This document shows positions 47,531 to 57,625 of a stretch of 64,000 nucleotides of DNA, in pieces. The stretch comes from Psammoneis japonica (Eukaryota), in assembly GCA_008632985.1 (NCBI GenBank), contig QPGO01000120.1:62001-126000 (forward strand). Direction: 5' to 3'. Numbering within the stretch: the stretch's first letter is position 1; each line of letters starts with the position of its first letter. Below the pieces are notes generated by a model that was not told the origin of the DNA, made no database searches, and saw only the letters and a list, made by a program, of their open reading frames with translations. Position numbers and translations under genes: made by a program.

Positions 47531-48125
47531 ATGAAGATTGCTCTCCTCCTCTCCCTCTGTGCCGGCTCCAGCGCCTTCACCGCCCCTCGCTGTAACGCAA
47601 GAAGCACCGCTCTTGCCGCCAGCCGCACCATGGAACCCATGACTCAAGCTCCCATGCAGCGGGCTCCTCCCCCTCGTATGGAACAGCCATACGCCCCTGA
47701 GCAACCCTACTATGGTACGTTCGTAGGCCCTATCTGTTACGATCTATTACTCCCGTTTCCCTCGCCCAATATCTCACTCATTCGAATCATATCTGTCTCT
47801 CTCCGTCACAGCTGAGCCGGCTCCCCCAATGAGGCCGCCTGTCTTGTCTGACCAAGAGGTCATCTGGGGCGCCAAGGGAGGCACGGAGTGGAAGTATGGT
47901 CATCGCAGTAGTTTTGACTCGCACCCCGACAAGCAGACCCGTGATGGATACAACCAGGCCTATGATGGTTCTTATGCTCAAGTCGGACGGGATGGCACTC
48001 CTCTCTATCATGATGGATCTCGCGGTACCGGGGCCGACACTTGGTACCACGCTTCATACAGCAAATACAACCAAGACGGAAGCGGAGAATACGAAACCCG
48101 CCACCGCCCTTCTTACACCTTTTAA
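47531..48125 (+). CDS. Unknown plastid-targeted Tyr/Gly/Arg-rich protein, paralog 3
   Basis: Exons 47531-47714 and 47812-48125; SSA|FTAP presequence; same intron position as paralogs 1 and 2. Confidence 0.85.
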
Positions 48126-48645
48126 AGAGCGTTGCGGAAAAGTCAAGTCTGCTATGTAGGTGCTTGCGAGATTGGGAAAAGCGGAAGTTATGTGGCCGCG
48201 TTTGCTGTAGCTTTTTGTAATTGTGAACACGGGTTGTTGTACAAAATACTCCTTTTTAGCGGCCTTCATTATCTTCTTGAGCTGAAGAATGCATTGCACA
48301 TGCATGCTTTTCGAGTGAGGAACAATAGCATTAGCTTGGTTCGCATAAAGCTCGAACTTGGACTCAATAGAGTCTTCTACTCTAGCTCGTATGAGACCGT
48401 CCAGAAAGATCGGCATTCGTTCGCAGCAGCACAGACTGTGAATTAATCACTGAACATTCAATAAGTGCACTGACGTAGTCAAGACCAAAGCTGAGAAACG
48501 ATTACGTAGAATTCAGGGCAAGCTATTTAGTCGTCTCCATAAAGCCATGTACTTACCGGATCAGAAGGGAGAAGGATAAGGCAGGAGGTAGGAGAAGCGA
48601 AGTCGTCACAGCAAAATGTTCAAGGACAAAGAACCTCAGATGCGT

Positions 48646-48694
48646 TGACGTCATCAAACATTGACGTCAGAAGCTGTGGATTTCTGCCACGTCA
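48646..48694. promoter_or_regulatory. Cluster of TGACGT(CA) bZIP/aureochrome-box-like sites
   Basis: TGACGTCA at 48646 and 48662, ACGTCA at 48689; about 400 bp upstream of the LMF gene. Confidence 0.4.
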
Positions 48695-49083
48695 CATCGT
48701 GTCAACGCGAATCCAAAAAATTTTGGAGTCGGTTGCAGCTCGTCCCTATTAGTTTGAATTAGAAATTCAAATCGATATCTTATTGAATTTGTCTCCTAAA
48801 TGCTGTATTCAAAACATTTTATTTGTAACAAATTATGGATCGACTAGTTCGACTTAACTACGAGTTTTTCGCCCAGTCGTGTGCGTGTCGTGATCCGCGA
48901 TCATAGGTCACGACTCAGAGCATCACACATCACACGCAAAAGCACAGGCCGTGGCAAAAGCGCAAGAGACAACAAAAATGGCGGGAGTTCGCATCGACTG
49001 GGACTGTTGCTCTCCCTCCGCAAAAACATCAGACTCGACTCTTTTCGCCTATCAGCTCCATTAATCGTATTTAGCTAGAAACC

Positions 49084-50853
49084 ATGAGGAATCCAGTTTC
49101 CGAGTTTGTCAAATGGTTTGTTGAAAGCGGCGTGTGGTGGTATTGCTTTGGTCTGATTCTGATTTATTGTCAGGTTGTTGTGCTTGTCTCGCTTGCCATT
49201 CTTCCCTACAAGCAGCACGATGGGCTCTTGACAGTCATGGCGGTGGAACGAGGTTGTGCGCTCTCCAATGCTGTCGCATTTGCCTCTTTTTGGTCACAGT
49301 TCCCCGGTCTCATTGGATCGAATGGACTGACTCCAGCCAAGGATTTGGTGAACTATACTCTGAGGCTGTCACAACGCCATCATGATTCAATTTCATGGAA
49401 TAAGTGGCTTTCAGATTACTTTTTACGATTTCCAACCGTTTTCTGGGCGACATCCTGCAGTGACTTGGCGATTCATTGTGTCTGTGGAGGAGGGTTCGTT
49501 CTTTCCATCCTGCTCTTCTTCATGCCCTTTCTCCCGCCTTTGGTGTCGGCGCTCACTTGGTGGTTCTGTGGATGGCTGTACCTGTCTCTGATTCATGTCT
49601 CAGGCGATTTTCTTGGACTACAGTCGGACAGCAATACGGTTGAGATTGATTTTCTCTTGGGCTTACTGAGCCTCATCCGAACGACCCATCCTTTTCCGGC
49701 GCTTTTGGTTCTGCGCTTCTTTGCGTTTCGAAAGATGCTCGGATGTGGCATATGCAAATTTTATGGATCCAAAATGTGGACGGACGGCACGGCCATGACG
49801 GTTCATTATTATACTCAACCCCTTCCCAATCGATGGTCCTACTACGCCCATCACATGCCGTTGTGGATTCACAAACAGTCCGCCTTGGCTACCTTTGTCG
49901 TGGAGATTCTCTTTCCGTATGTCATCTTTGCGCCTTACAGCAAGTTGCGATATATTCCGTGGGTCGGATTCAATTGTCTCAATCTTGCCATCAACACTAG
50001 CGGTAACTATGGCTTTATTGGCTTCTTGAATACAGCAGAGAATCTGAGTATTACGGACGATGACTTGTGGCGTCGTGTCCTCTCGCCGATTGGTATTTCG
50101 AGGTGGACTGTTCAACCATCCGTTGTTGACAGCATTCCACACTTTGAAACTTTGTTGCTCGTAACTGGCTCGATTGTTAGAATGCTTGTCGCTTCAATGG
50201 GGATGATATATTTGGCCGTTTCCTCGATTCCGACATTGAGCCGAGCTAGCCATGGCAAGTTCTCAATGGACAACTTTGCGGAAGCTTGGCCTCTGAGAGC
50301 ATTGCCGCTCCAAGATCAAATCAAGACTCTATCTACCAAAATCCATCTACTCTACAGACGGCAACAAAGCTTACGGCTTTGCAACTACCAAGGAAAGTTT
50401 GCAAGTATGCATGACTTTAGGTGGGAGCCAATCCTTGAGGGGAGTCGGGACGGGGTGACTTGGCATCAGTACATGTGGAAATACAAACTAAACAAGGGAC
50501 CAAACGAGTGTGGGAGGGTCGTGCCTTTCCATCTTCCAAGATTAGATTGGAGAGTCTGGTTTTTACCGTTGTATGCAAGGCGAGGTGGCGAACCGCCAGA
50601 ATGGTATGACTGCCTCATGGAGAAACTCTTGACGCAACAGCCAGAGGTCGTTGCGCTGTTGGCTCAAGATCCATTTGGTCCCGGCGGAGCTGCACAAGGC
50701 GAGACTCCGAGATTTATTCGTAACAGACTGGAGGTCTTCACTTTTGCGCCGAGGGGATCCAATCGATGGTGGAACAGTCGGGAGGTACGACTAGAGACGC
50801 CTCTCGATTTGCTGGTATCCGTAACAGACGCAACGTCGAAGAAGGATGACTGA
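49084..50853 (+). CDS. Lipase maturation factor (LMF) family membrane protein
   Basis: GLIGSNGLTP, HYYTQPLP, SGNYGF, HLPRLDWRVWF; multiple TM segments. Confidence 0.9.
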   Translation: MRNPVSEFVKWFVESGVWWYCFGLILIYCQVVVLVSLAILPYKQHDGLLTVMAVERGCALSNAVAFASFWSQFPGLIGSNGLTPAKDLVNYTLRLSQRHHDSISWNKWLSDYFLRFPTVFWATSCSDLAIHCVCGGGFVLSILLFFMPFLPPLVSALTWWFCGWLYLSLIHVSGDFLGLQSDSNTVEIDFLLGLLSLIRTTHPFPALLVLRFFAFRKMLGCGICKFYGSKMWTDGTAMTVHYYTQPLPNRWSYYAHHMPLWIHKQSALATFVVEILFPYVIFAPYSKLRYIPWVGFNCLNLAINTSGNYGFIGFLNTAENLSITDDDLWRRVLSPIGISRWTVQPSVVDSIPHFETLLLVTGSIVRMLVASMGMIYLAVSSIPTLSRASHGKFSMDNFAEAWPLRALPLQDQIKTLSTKIHLLYRRQQSLRLCNYQGKFASMHDFRWEPILEGSRDGVTWHQYMWKYKLNKGPNECGRVVPFHLPRLDWRVWFLPLYARRGGEPPEWYDCLMEKLLTQQPEVVALLAQDPFGPGGAAQGETPRFIRNRLEVFTFAPRGSNRWWNSREVRLETPLDLLVSVTDATSKKDD

Positions 50854-51118
50854 AACGAGTGCACCACTTACGAAGTACCGGTACCTTAGTCTCAACGAAA
50901 ACTGTAACACCTAGGCCAACTATCTTCATTTCATTCCTCAATTCAAATGGCATTCAACTGATCTTTGTTACACCATTTCCAATTTGTTCACATGGAGCGT
51001 GAGACTAAGTGTCCACCAGAATTAAAACAACGCCACCACATTTCGTCAGTCTCCAAGGTCGTCTTTCGAAACATGTGCACGAGATGGGGCGAGTGCCCCA
51101 TTACGGACGACTTCTGTG

Positions 51119-51206
51119 GCAGAAAAGGCATAATGTGGTGATATGTGGAGGCGAACCTACGTGCAGAAAAGGCATAATGTGGTGATATGTGGAGGCGAAC
51201 CTACGT
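51119..51206. repeat. Perfect 44-bp tandem duplication
   Basis: gcagaaaaggcataatgtggtgatatgtggaggcgaacctacgt x2. Confidence 0.95.
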
Positions 51207-51473
51207 TATTCTTTTTCCCCGCTTGGACACTGTCGGGGAATGACAAACCCTCAACTAGGCCCCCCATTTAAATGGTGTCATTGAAAGGGTTGCGTAGATT
51301 CAAGATACAATGATGGTAGCAAAATTCTAGTTTCATTTTTGAACTTCTTTACCTATTTTTGTCGAGTCTTTTCGATCGTCCGTCACATACTACAGCTAAC
51401 GTCATCACATCCCCATTGCCAATGCAGCACACATTCATGTCACACCATGGCAGCGTCATGGATTCCATCACAG

Positions 51474-52916
51474 TTACGTAATGATGCGCGAAATCTTAGC
51501 AAGATCAATGGGAGTCCAATAGCGATGGAGGTTCCTCACCATGTTGCTCTCCTCAAGATTCTCCTCCTCATTGCTGTCGCTCGAGGGGATGTCATAGATT
51601 CTGGGACTGTGCCCACCACTCATGATGATGGCCGGACTGAATGTTCCTTCATGACAGAAGTTTTTCGAGTCAAATGTTACATCCTCTGCAACAGCATACA
51701 ATCGTTTCACTCCAGCAGAAACCAACAAATCCAAGCCAATAATGACAAACGGTCTTTCATCCGACGAATCCTGAATGAGAAAGGCGAGCCCGCCCATGTC
51801 ATGCTCGCCAGCCGTACGTCGTACACCAACAATGAGAAAAGCATGAAGTTGGATGTCGTTTGGGGGGCGACCCCAGAAATTGTTGTAGTCGTCGATATCC
51901 ATAGGGGCTTCTTGGAGGTCCCTTTCGCTGGCGTCTTGCTTGAGGTCGTTCCAGTTTCCATGAAAGACACACTTTGTTTTGTCCGCCACATACTTTGGAA
52001 ACAGTTTGAAGTCAGAAGCCACCAGCGCACCATGCTGGCCAAGCCAATATTTGACATTTTCAAACAACAAGTCAATGGGCATGTTGACGTCAAGCTTGTA
52101 GTCCTCTACAACCTTCTTGTTTGGGTTCTGGGGCCTGAGAAGGCGTTCCATCATTGCATCGGGATGACCCCCTTGGGTCATAAAGACATTGGCACAGATT
52201 TCTTCATTTGTGAATTCATCCCGCATGAATCGGCTGATATTCAGAGAGTACTTCTGAACCGCAAAGGGACGATCGTTCGCAGTCACCCCATTTTGGATAC
52301 ATTGGTTGTAACAGATAGCACAGGCTACCGTGACAAGGTAACACACCATTGAAGTCTGTTCTTGTACCCATATTAATGGTTTTTCCACCTGTTTGAACCT
52401 ATCCCGGACGTTGAAAATGGTCGGGGCATCGTCCGGATCGTAAAACTCCTGGTGGCGTCTCAGAAACGTCTCCAGTGGGCAACTAGTAGCAACTTCTCGA
52501 TCCTCATCCGAAACAACTATGTCCCCCCCTTTCCTAACGAGGGCATCGAGCCTCTTTCCAAATGTATGGTTCAAGTCCAACGCATACTGAAATGCTTGAG
52601 CTACCTTTTCCGGTTTCGCGTTGAGGAGCTGCGACAGCAATTTATGCTGATCGCGCATAATAAGAAATGATATTTTTGCACGATCAACTGAATCAAGGCT
52701 GTCCCAATACCCGGGAGCTAATAAACCATTCACTTGTCGCTCCATATCTGCAATGGAAAATTGATCAGCTTTTGCAGGAGGTGTAAGTTGTGCTCCCTCG
52801 TACAGTTCTTTCAACGTCCTCGTCGCGTTCATGGGGGTGCTAAAGCCAACCGAAGACGATGATAGAGTCGAAAGGCTCGTGCTGACAGCTAGCTGCGGAG
52901 TCTCATTCGATGTCAT
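51474..52916 (-). CDS. Divergent papain-like (clan CA) cysteine peptidase-fold protein
   Basis: Q....CY (EQTSMVCY), HAFLIVG and FLIQDS in the order expected for the Cys-His-Asn/Asp triad; intact 480-aa ORF. Confidence 0.6.
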   Translation of the reverse strand: MTSNETPQLAVSTSLSTLSSSSVGFSTPMNATRTLKELYEGAQLTPPAKADQFSIADMERQVNGLLAPGYWDSLDSVDRAKISFLIMRDQHKLLSQLLNAKPEKVAQAFQYALDLNHTFGKRLDALVRKGGDIVVSDEDREVATSCPLETFLRRHQEFYDPDDAPTIFNVRDRFKQVEKPLIWVQEQTSMVCYLVTVACAICYNQCIQNGVTANDRPFAVQKYSLNISRFMRDEFTNEEICANVFMTQGGHPDAMMERLLRPQNPNKKVVEDYKLDVNMPIDLLFENVKYWLGQHGALVASDFKLFPKYVADKTKCVFHGNWNDLKQDASERDLQEAPMDIDDYNNFWGRPPNDIQLHAFLIVGVRRTAGEHDMGGLAFLIQDSSDERPFVIIGLDLLVSAGVKRLYAVAEDVTFDSKNFCHEGTFSPAIIMSGGHSPRIYDIPSSDSNEEENLEESNMVRNLHRYWTPIDLAKISRIIT

Positions 52917-53348
52917 TGTTCAGCTTTTATGACTGTTTGACAGTTTCGGCGGCACGATCATGATAGTAGAGATTACTCTCTCTACAGCGAGAGTTTTCAA
53001 CCGTTTGTTTTGGTCACGGGTCACAGAAAATTTTTTTTGGAGGGACGCGGAGCGTCCCTGGAGGGACATTTGTCCCGCGGAGCGGGAGGGACGCGCGAAG
53101 CGCGCCCCCGAGGGACAGGGTGTCCCTCGGGTCCCTCGCAAATCGGCCGGAAATCGACGGGTGGAGCCGGCGACCCGACCGGTCACCCTGCGACGGACGA
53201 CAGACGGTCCGACCACCGCACTACCGCCGCTCGCTCGTTGCTGCTGTTGCACCAACAACAGGGCCTAGTCTACCGTTTTCATTGCCATTGTTGCGATTCG
53301 TTGCGATTGGACTTGTATGGCATACGCTGTCGGCATCATTTGTCCATA

Positions 53349-55800
53349 ATGCCATCTCTCATCAATGAAAAAGATGCTCCAACTGCACAGGCCCAGGACG
53401 GGTTGGAACCACCAGCAACCACTGCAGCAGGCACCATCTTCTACTCGCATCATAACAATCCATACAAGAAGGACAAGTCCAGCGACGAGCCGAGCGACGA
53501 GGCAAAAGCGAGTGAGGTGGACCACATCAATCGACTTGCCACTGAGCTTGAGGCCTCCTTTTTGGAAGATTCAAACGAGGATGAGGCAGAAGAGCGCGAA
53601 GACGAATCCATCATGCTCCAAGCATACGCAGAAATGCAAGACAAAGCAGACCGAACCGAAGATGGCTACAAGACGGCGGTAGCAGCATTTAATATTTTTG
53701 CCAAAAAAACAGGATATCCACCAGTCCATCAGTTGGAACGAAAGCATCTACGTGGAGAGACTCTCACCGTGCCGAACTGCAGTAAATTGATGAGGCAATT
53801 CTGCACTTTCTTAATGGAGTACAAGATTGAACGCGAAGGTGCTCGCAAGGGGACTCATTGGAAGCCTAAGTCGCAGGCACAATATCATTCTGGTGTGTAC
53901 ATGGTGCTCAAGAATAAGTTGGGGCATAGGGCACTTTACAAAAAATCCGAGCATGACGAACTCAACAAAGCCCTAAAGTGAGGGCCCGTGTTGCGGCTAT
54001 CAAGCGTGGAGAGTCGCCGGAGGATTCGACGGTGGGCCTTCACAGGGAGCTTCTGGAAGAGGTGAATGATGCTCTTCTCAAGAAAGGATGCTATTATGAA
54101 AGAGATATCACCAACACATTGTACCATGCTGTTGGGCGGACGGCTGAGGCAGGTGCATGGGTGTGGGACATAACCGTTTGGAACAGTAGCAAGCAGCAAC
54201 TTGAGAGCGACTGGAGGGAGACAAAAACCGCAAAGAATGGTTTCATGACATGGCACAAGGATGCTGATGGATTCTTGTGTGACAAATATCACTCTATGGC
54301 GCAAACATTGTCACCACCACGGGCAGGCTTGAAACTGCAGATGACGATTCAGTGGAATTTGTGTTTCCAGAGCTGAAAGATCTGGCCAGCGGTGGCGCAG
54401 CTGCAAAGGTGTCTCAAATTCTAAAGAACTTGGTAGATGAAATTGACAACTTGACAAAGGATCACACGAGCCACAGCTTCCGTGTCGGCTCTGCGGATGA
54501 CATGGTGTTCCATCGTTGCTTCAACACTGTTGCTTCCATTGCTCGCGGCAATTGGGATTTCAAGGGTGATTCTGCAGCATTTGGATATTGGACTATGAAA
54601 CTTTTTGTGGCCATGGCAGGAAAGAATCTGTGCCGGTGGGCTGATCCGAAGCAACACGTTTCAGCCCCCAGTTTGGACTGCATTCTCACCGCTGAAAACG
54701 GGCCGGTGTTGAATTCGTGGATTCACAGCTTGTTCTCTACCAATGGAATAAAGGCGCTTGCTGCTGACGGCCATTTGAAAAACTTTCGTCCTGTAATGCT
54801 GGCCACCTTGCTCATGCACCACCAGGAAGTTATTGACCGATACGGATGCAGCGACAAATTAGTGAGGCGACTAATCGACTCGGCCCGAGTTGTTGGCATA
54901 CCGAGCAATCAACTCTTGGAGTGGGGCACGGCAATTAAAGAAGAATTCATTGCAAGTAACGCGGGCAACTTTCACAAGAGTGGCTATACGTCGACCGAAG
55001 AGAAGCAACAAATCCAGATCGACGCTCTGATGAAGCGAGTCGCAAGCATGGAAGCCAAGCAAAAGTCGATGCATGAGGAACTGCGCAGCATGAACAAGAA
55101 CATCGACAATAAGTTGGACCTCATTGTGGACCTTATGTCTGGTTCGCCCCAGTCTTCCCCATTGAAGAGGAAGAAACTGTCACCACCTGAAATGTCGGAG
55201 GATGCGGATAGGACGGAGACTGCTGCAGCGGGGCACGACGCGATGGCTGTCTTGATGCATGCACAGAACACGCAGCCACAATTCAATGCTTACGCTGATG
55301 AAAAGGAACTTCGAGATTCATCGCTTCACGGACTTCTCAAGAAGCTCATTGAATATAGGATCATTGGAGGAGTGCTCAAAATCCTTTTGGTGCTAAGATT
55401 GATCGCAAGCTCAAGGCGAAAGTGCTCAAAATCCTCAACGACATGCACCACCCGAGGAACTTGAATGCGCTGTTTACAAGTGAGGAGAAGGAGTATCTCA
55501 ATGGCAGCAATCGTCCTCATGCAAAGGATGATGACAACTACACGGCTTGGTGGGACAGGGCTTGCAAGACATTGAAATCCGTGTCTCTCAAGTATGTTTT
55601 TAATTTGGTTGAGCAGCACAACAAAGCCGTGCCCTTGTACAACAAGCTGGTTGATGAAAAGAAGGCAGCATCAACCCGCAGCTTCAAAGCTGGCACAAGT
55701 GAGGAGAGGAAGGTTATTGATGGAAAATCCAAATTGGAAACAAAGTGGGAGCTGTTGTTTCCGTGTTGGAAAAACTGCAAACGATGATGAACAAGATTGA
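53349..55800 (+). pseudogene. Tyrosine recombinase split by several apparent frameshifts
   Basis: AVGRTAE (first Arg), SHSFRVGSA (HxxR), ARGNW, then AFGY (candidate catalytic Tyr); shifts near 53980, 54300, 55370 and possibly 55750. Confidence 0.75.
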
Positions 55801-55842
55801 GAAAGAGGGCAAGAGGGCGGCGGCTTAAAAACTCCAGTCACA

Positions 55843-56082
55843 TTGACAGCAGATTAGCATGCTATTTGTATCTCTAGTGTTTATTGTAAGAGTCTTAATT
55901 TTAACAACCTAATGTGCTCTATCATGCGACACCACTGGTAGTTTCGGATCGACGGCAGATTAGCTTACTGTTTGCACTGGCATTCCTTGTAGGAGTCTTA
56001 ATTTTAAATACTACATCATATGCTCTATCACATGTCACATGACATACGTTGGTGTGACACTGTCAATAGTTTCGGATCGACA
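55843..56082. repeat. Degenerate two-copy tandem repeat downstream of the YR gene
   Basis: Blocks gcagattagc, gagtcttaattttaa, tgctctatca and tagtttcggatcgac each occur twice in the same order. Confidence 0.7.
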
Positions 56083-57625
56083 ATTGGGAATCGAAATACT
56101 GCACAACCTGGATCCTTCGTACACGCTTTCCTTAGTGCGCGCTTCTCCAAATTTGAAATTGCTGCATGGTTTCAAACAAAACAGAAATCCATAATTCACA
56201 ATGACACACAATGGAATCAAGCTCATTGGATGAATTATACAATTTATGTTAAGAATGAAACAAGCAACGGGAAAATCGGTGAAAGTATCATTGAGATATC
56301 ACGCCGTAAAGTGGGACACCGGCGGCTCGCATCATCGTGCTGCTGCAGTTTGCTGCGTGCAAATTGACTTGGTGAAATTTTGTGAGGGTTTCGTGTCCCT
56401 TGGAAATTGTGCGTGTTGTGTGCGATTGATTATGTGTCTGTGTATGGCACTTGTATGCGTGTCGTGTCCCTCAGGAATTGGGTGTACTGTCCCTCTGAGT
56501 CGGTCTAACACAGAAAATCTGGAAAGATTGCATCGGCGATCGACGAGGAGTCCTTTTCGACTGCGTTCAGGTCGGTCCCGTAGGCCCTCTAGTAGCTAGC
56601 TACTAGCTAGGGCCCTAGAGCTGGGGCCCTAGCTAGCCAGTAGAGACTGCTCGCCCCCCCTGCGTGCCACTCTATTGATTTAGAGGTGGCTTTCTACGGG
56701 TCGATCATTGATCGAGACCCTCGATCAACGAAGTCTCCAGTGCAGGCGCCTGCAGAGCGTCTACGGTGATCAACGAGACTCGAACCCCCGATCAACGCGG
56801 GAAACCTCACCTCTCCCTCCGAGCTCCGCGTGATGGATTTCACAAAGAACGATGATGACGAGTTGCATTTTCATGCGTCGTGTCACCGACTCATGACTCG
56901 TCAGATGTGAATCAAACCCAAGAGTTGGTTGACAACATGGCCGAAGCTGCCGACACCCAAGAACATGATGGCGGTGCGGCTTCGATTCGCCCCCATCCAC
57001 CCTCACAAACTGTCGATGCGTCATTTGACGCGATGTCAGTGACAAGGGAGTGGGACAAGGAATTGGAGGAGTTCAACCCTGACTCCTTTGAAAGGGACGC
57101 CTCGTGCCATGCAACAAAATGTGGCATCAACAAATGTGGTGCAGTCGATGGAGCTGGAGCCACTGATCAGTCTGCACGACCGCTTGCATTGGAGCAAGTC
57201 GCTCTTTTCAAGGATGCAATCTTTTTTGCAGATCCTTTCACTGACGAATTGTTTTCTGTTTCAACAGAAACCATGAGAGACAAAATGATTCATCGTGGGT
57301 TTCGTCAGGTGCAGGCAAACCACATTGTGGATCTGTCTTGCCTGCCAGCTCCACCCCGGCAAGAACAAGCACAAGATTCAGCAGCACCGCTCGGCGACCG
57401 GTTGCCTCCGTCGACGTTGACGTTGCCAAGAAGTGGTGAGAGCAAGAATTTTGTGCCAAGGCCATTTTTTAAAAAACAGAAGAGAGGAGACATGCGCCAC
57501 TGCAGCAGTCCGTGCATGTGAAGAAAAGGTGGTGGATGGTCGAGATGCAGTCCTGCAGCTGGTGGGATGGACAAGACCTCGGAGGTTGGCAGCAACATGA
57601 ATGGCGACAGAGGCAAACAGACGCT

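Larger units (their letters stand above)
53022..56518 (+). mobile_element. Tyrosine-recombinase DNA transposon (Crypton-like)
   Basis: 10-bp direct repeat CACAGAAAAT at 53022 and 56509; subterminal GAGGGAC/GTCCCT motif arrays; encloses a YR gene; no RT. Confidence 0.65.

Noticed and set aside
56880..57521. 213-aa plus-strand ORF as a functional gene
   Set aside because: Tyr-free and inside the TpA-depleted domain; probably an eroded relic that I cannot assign.
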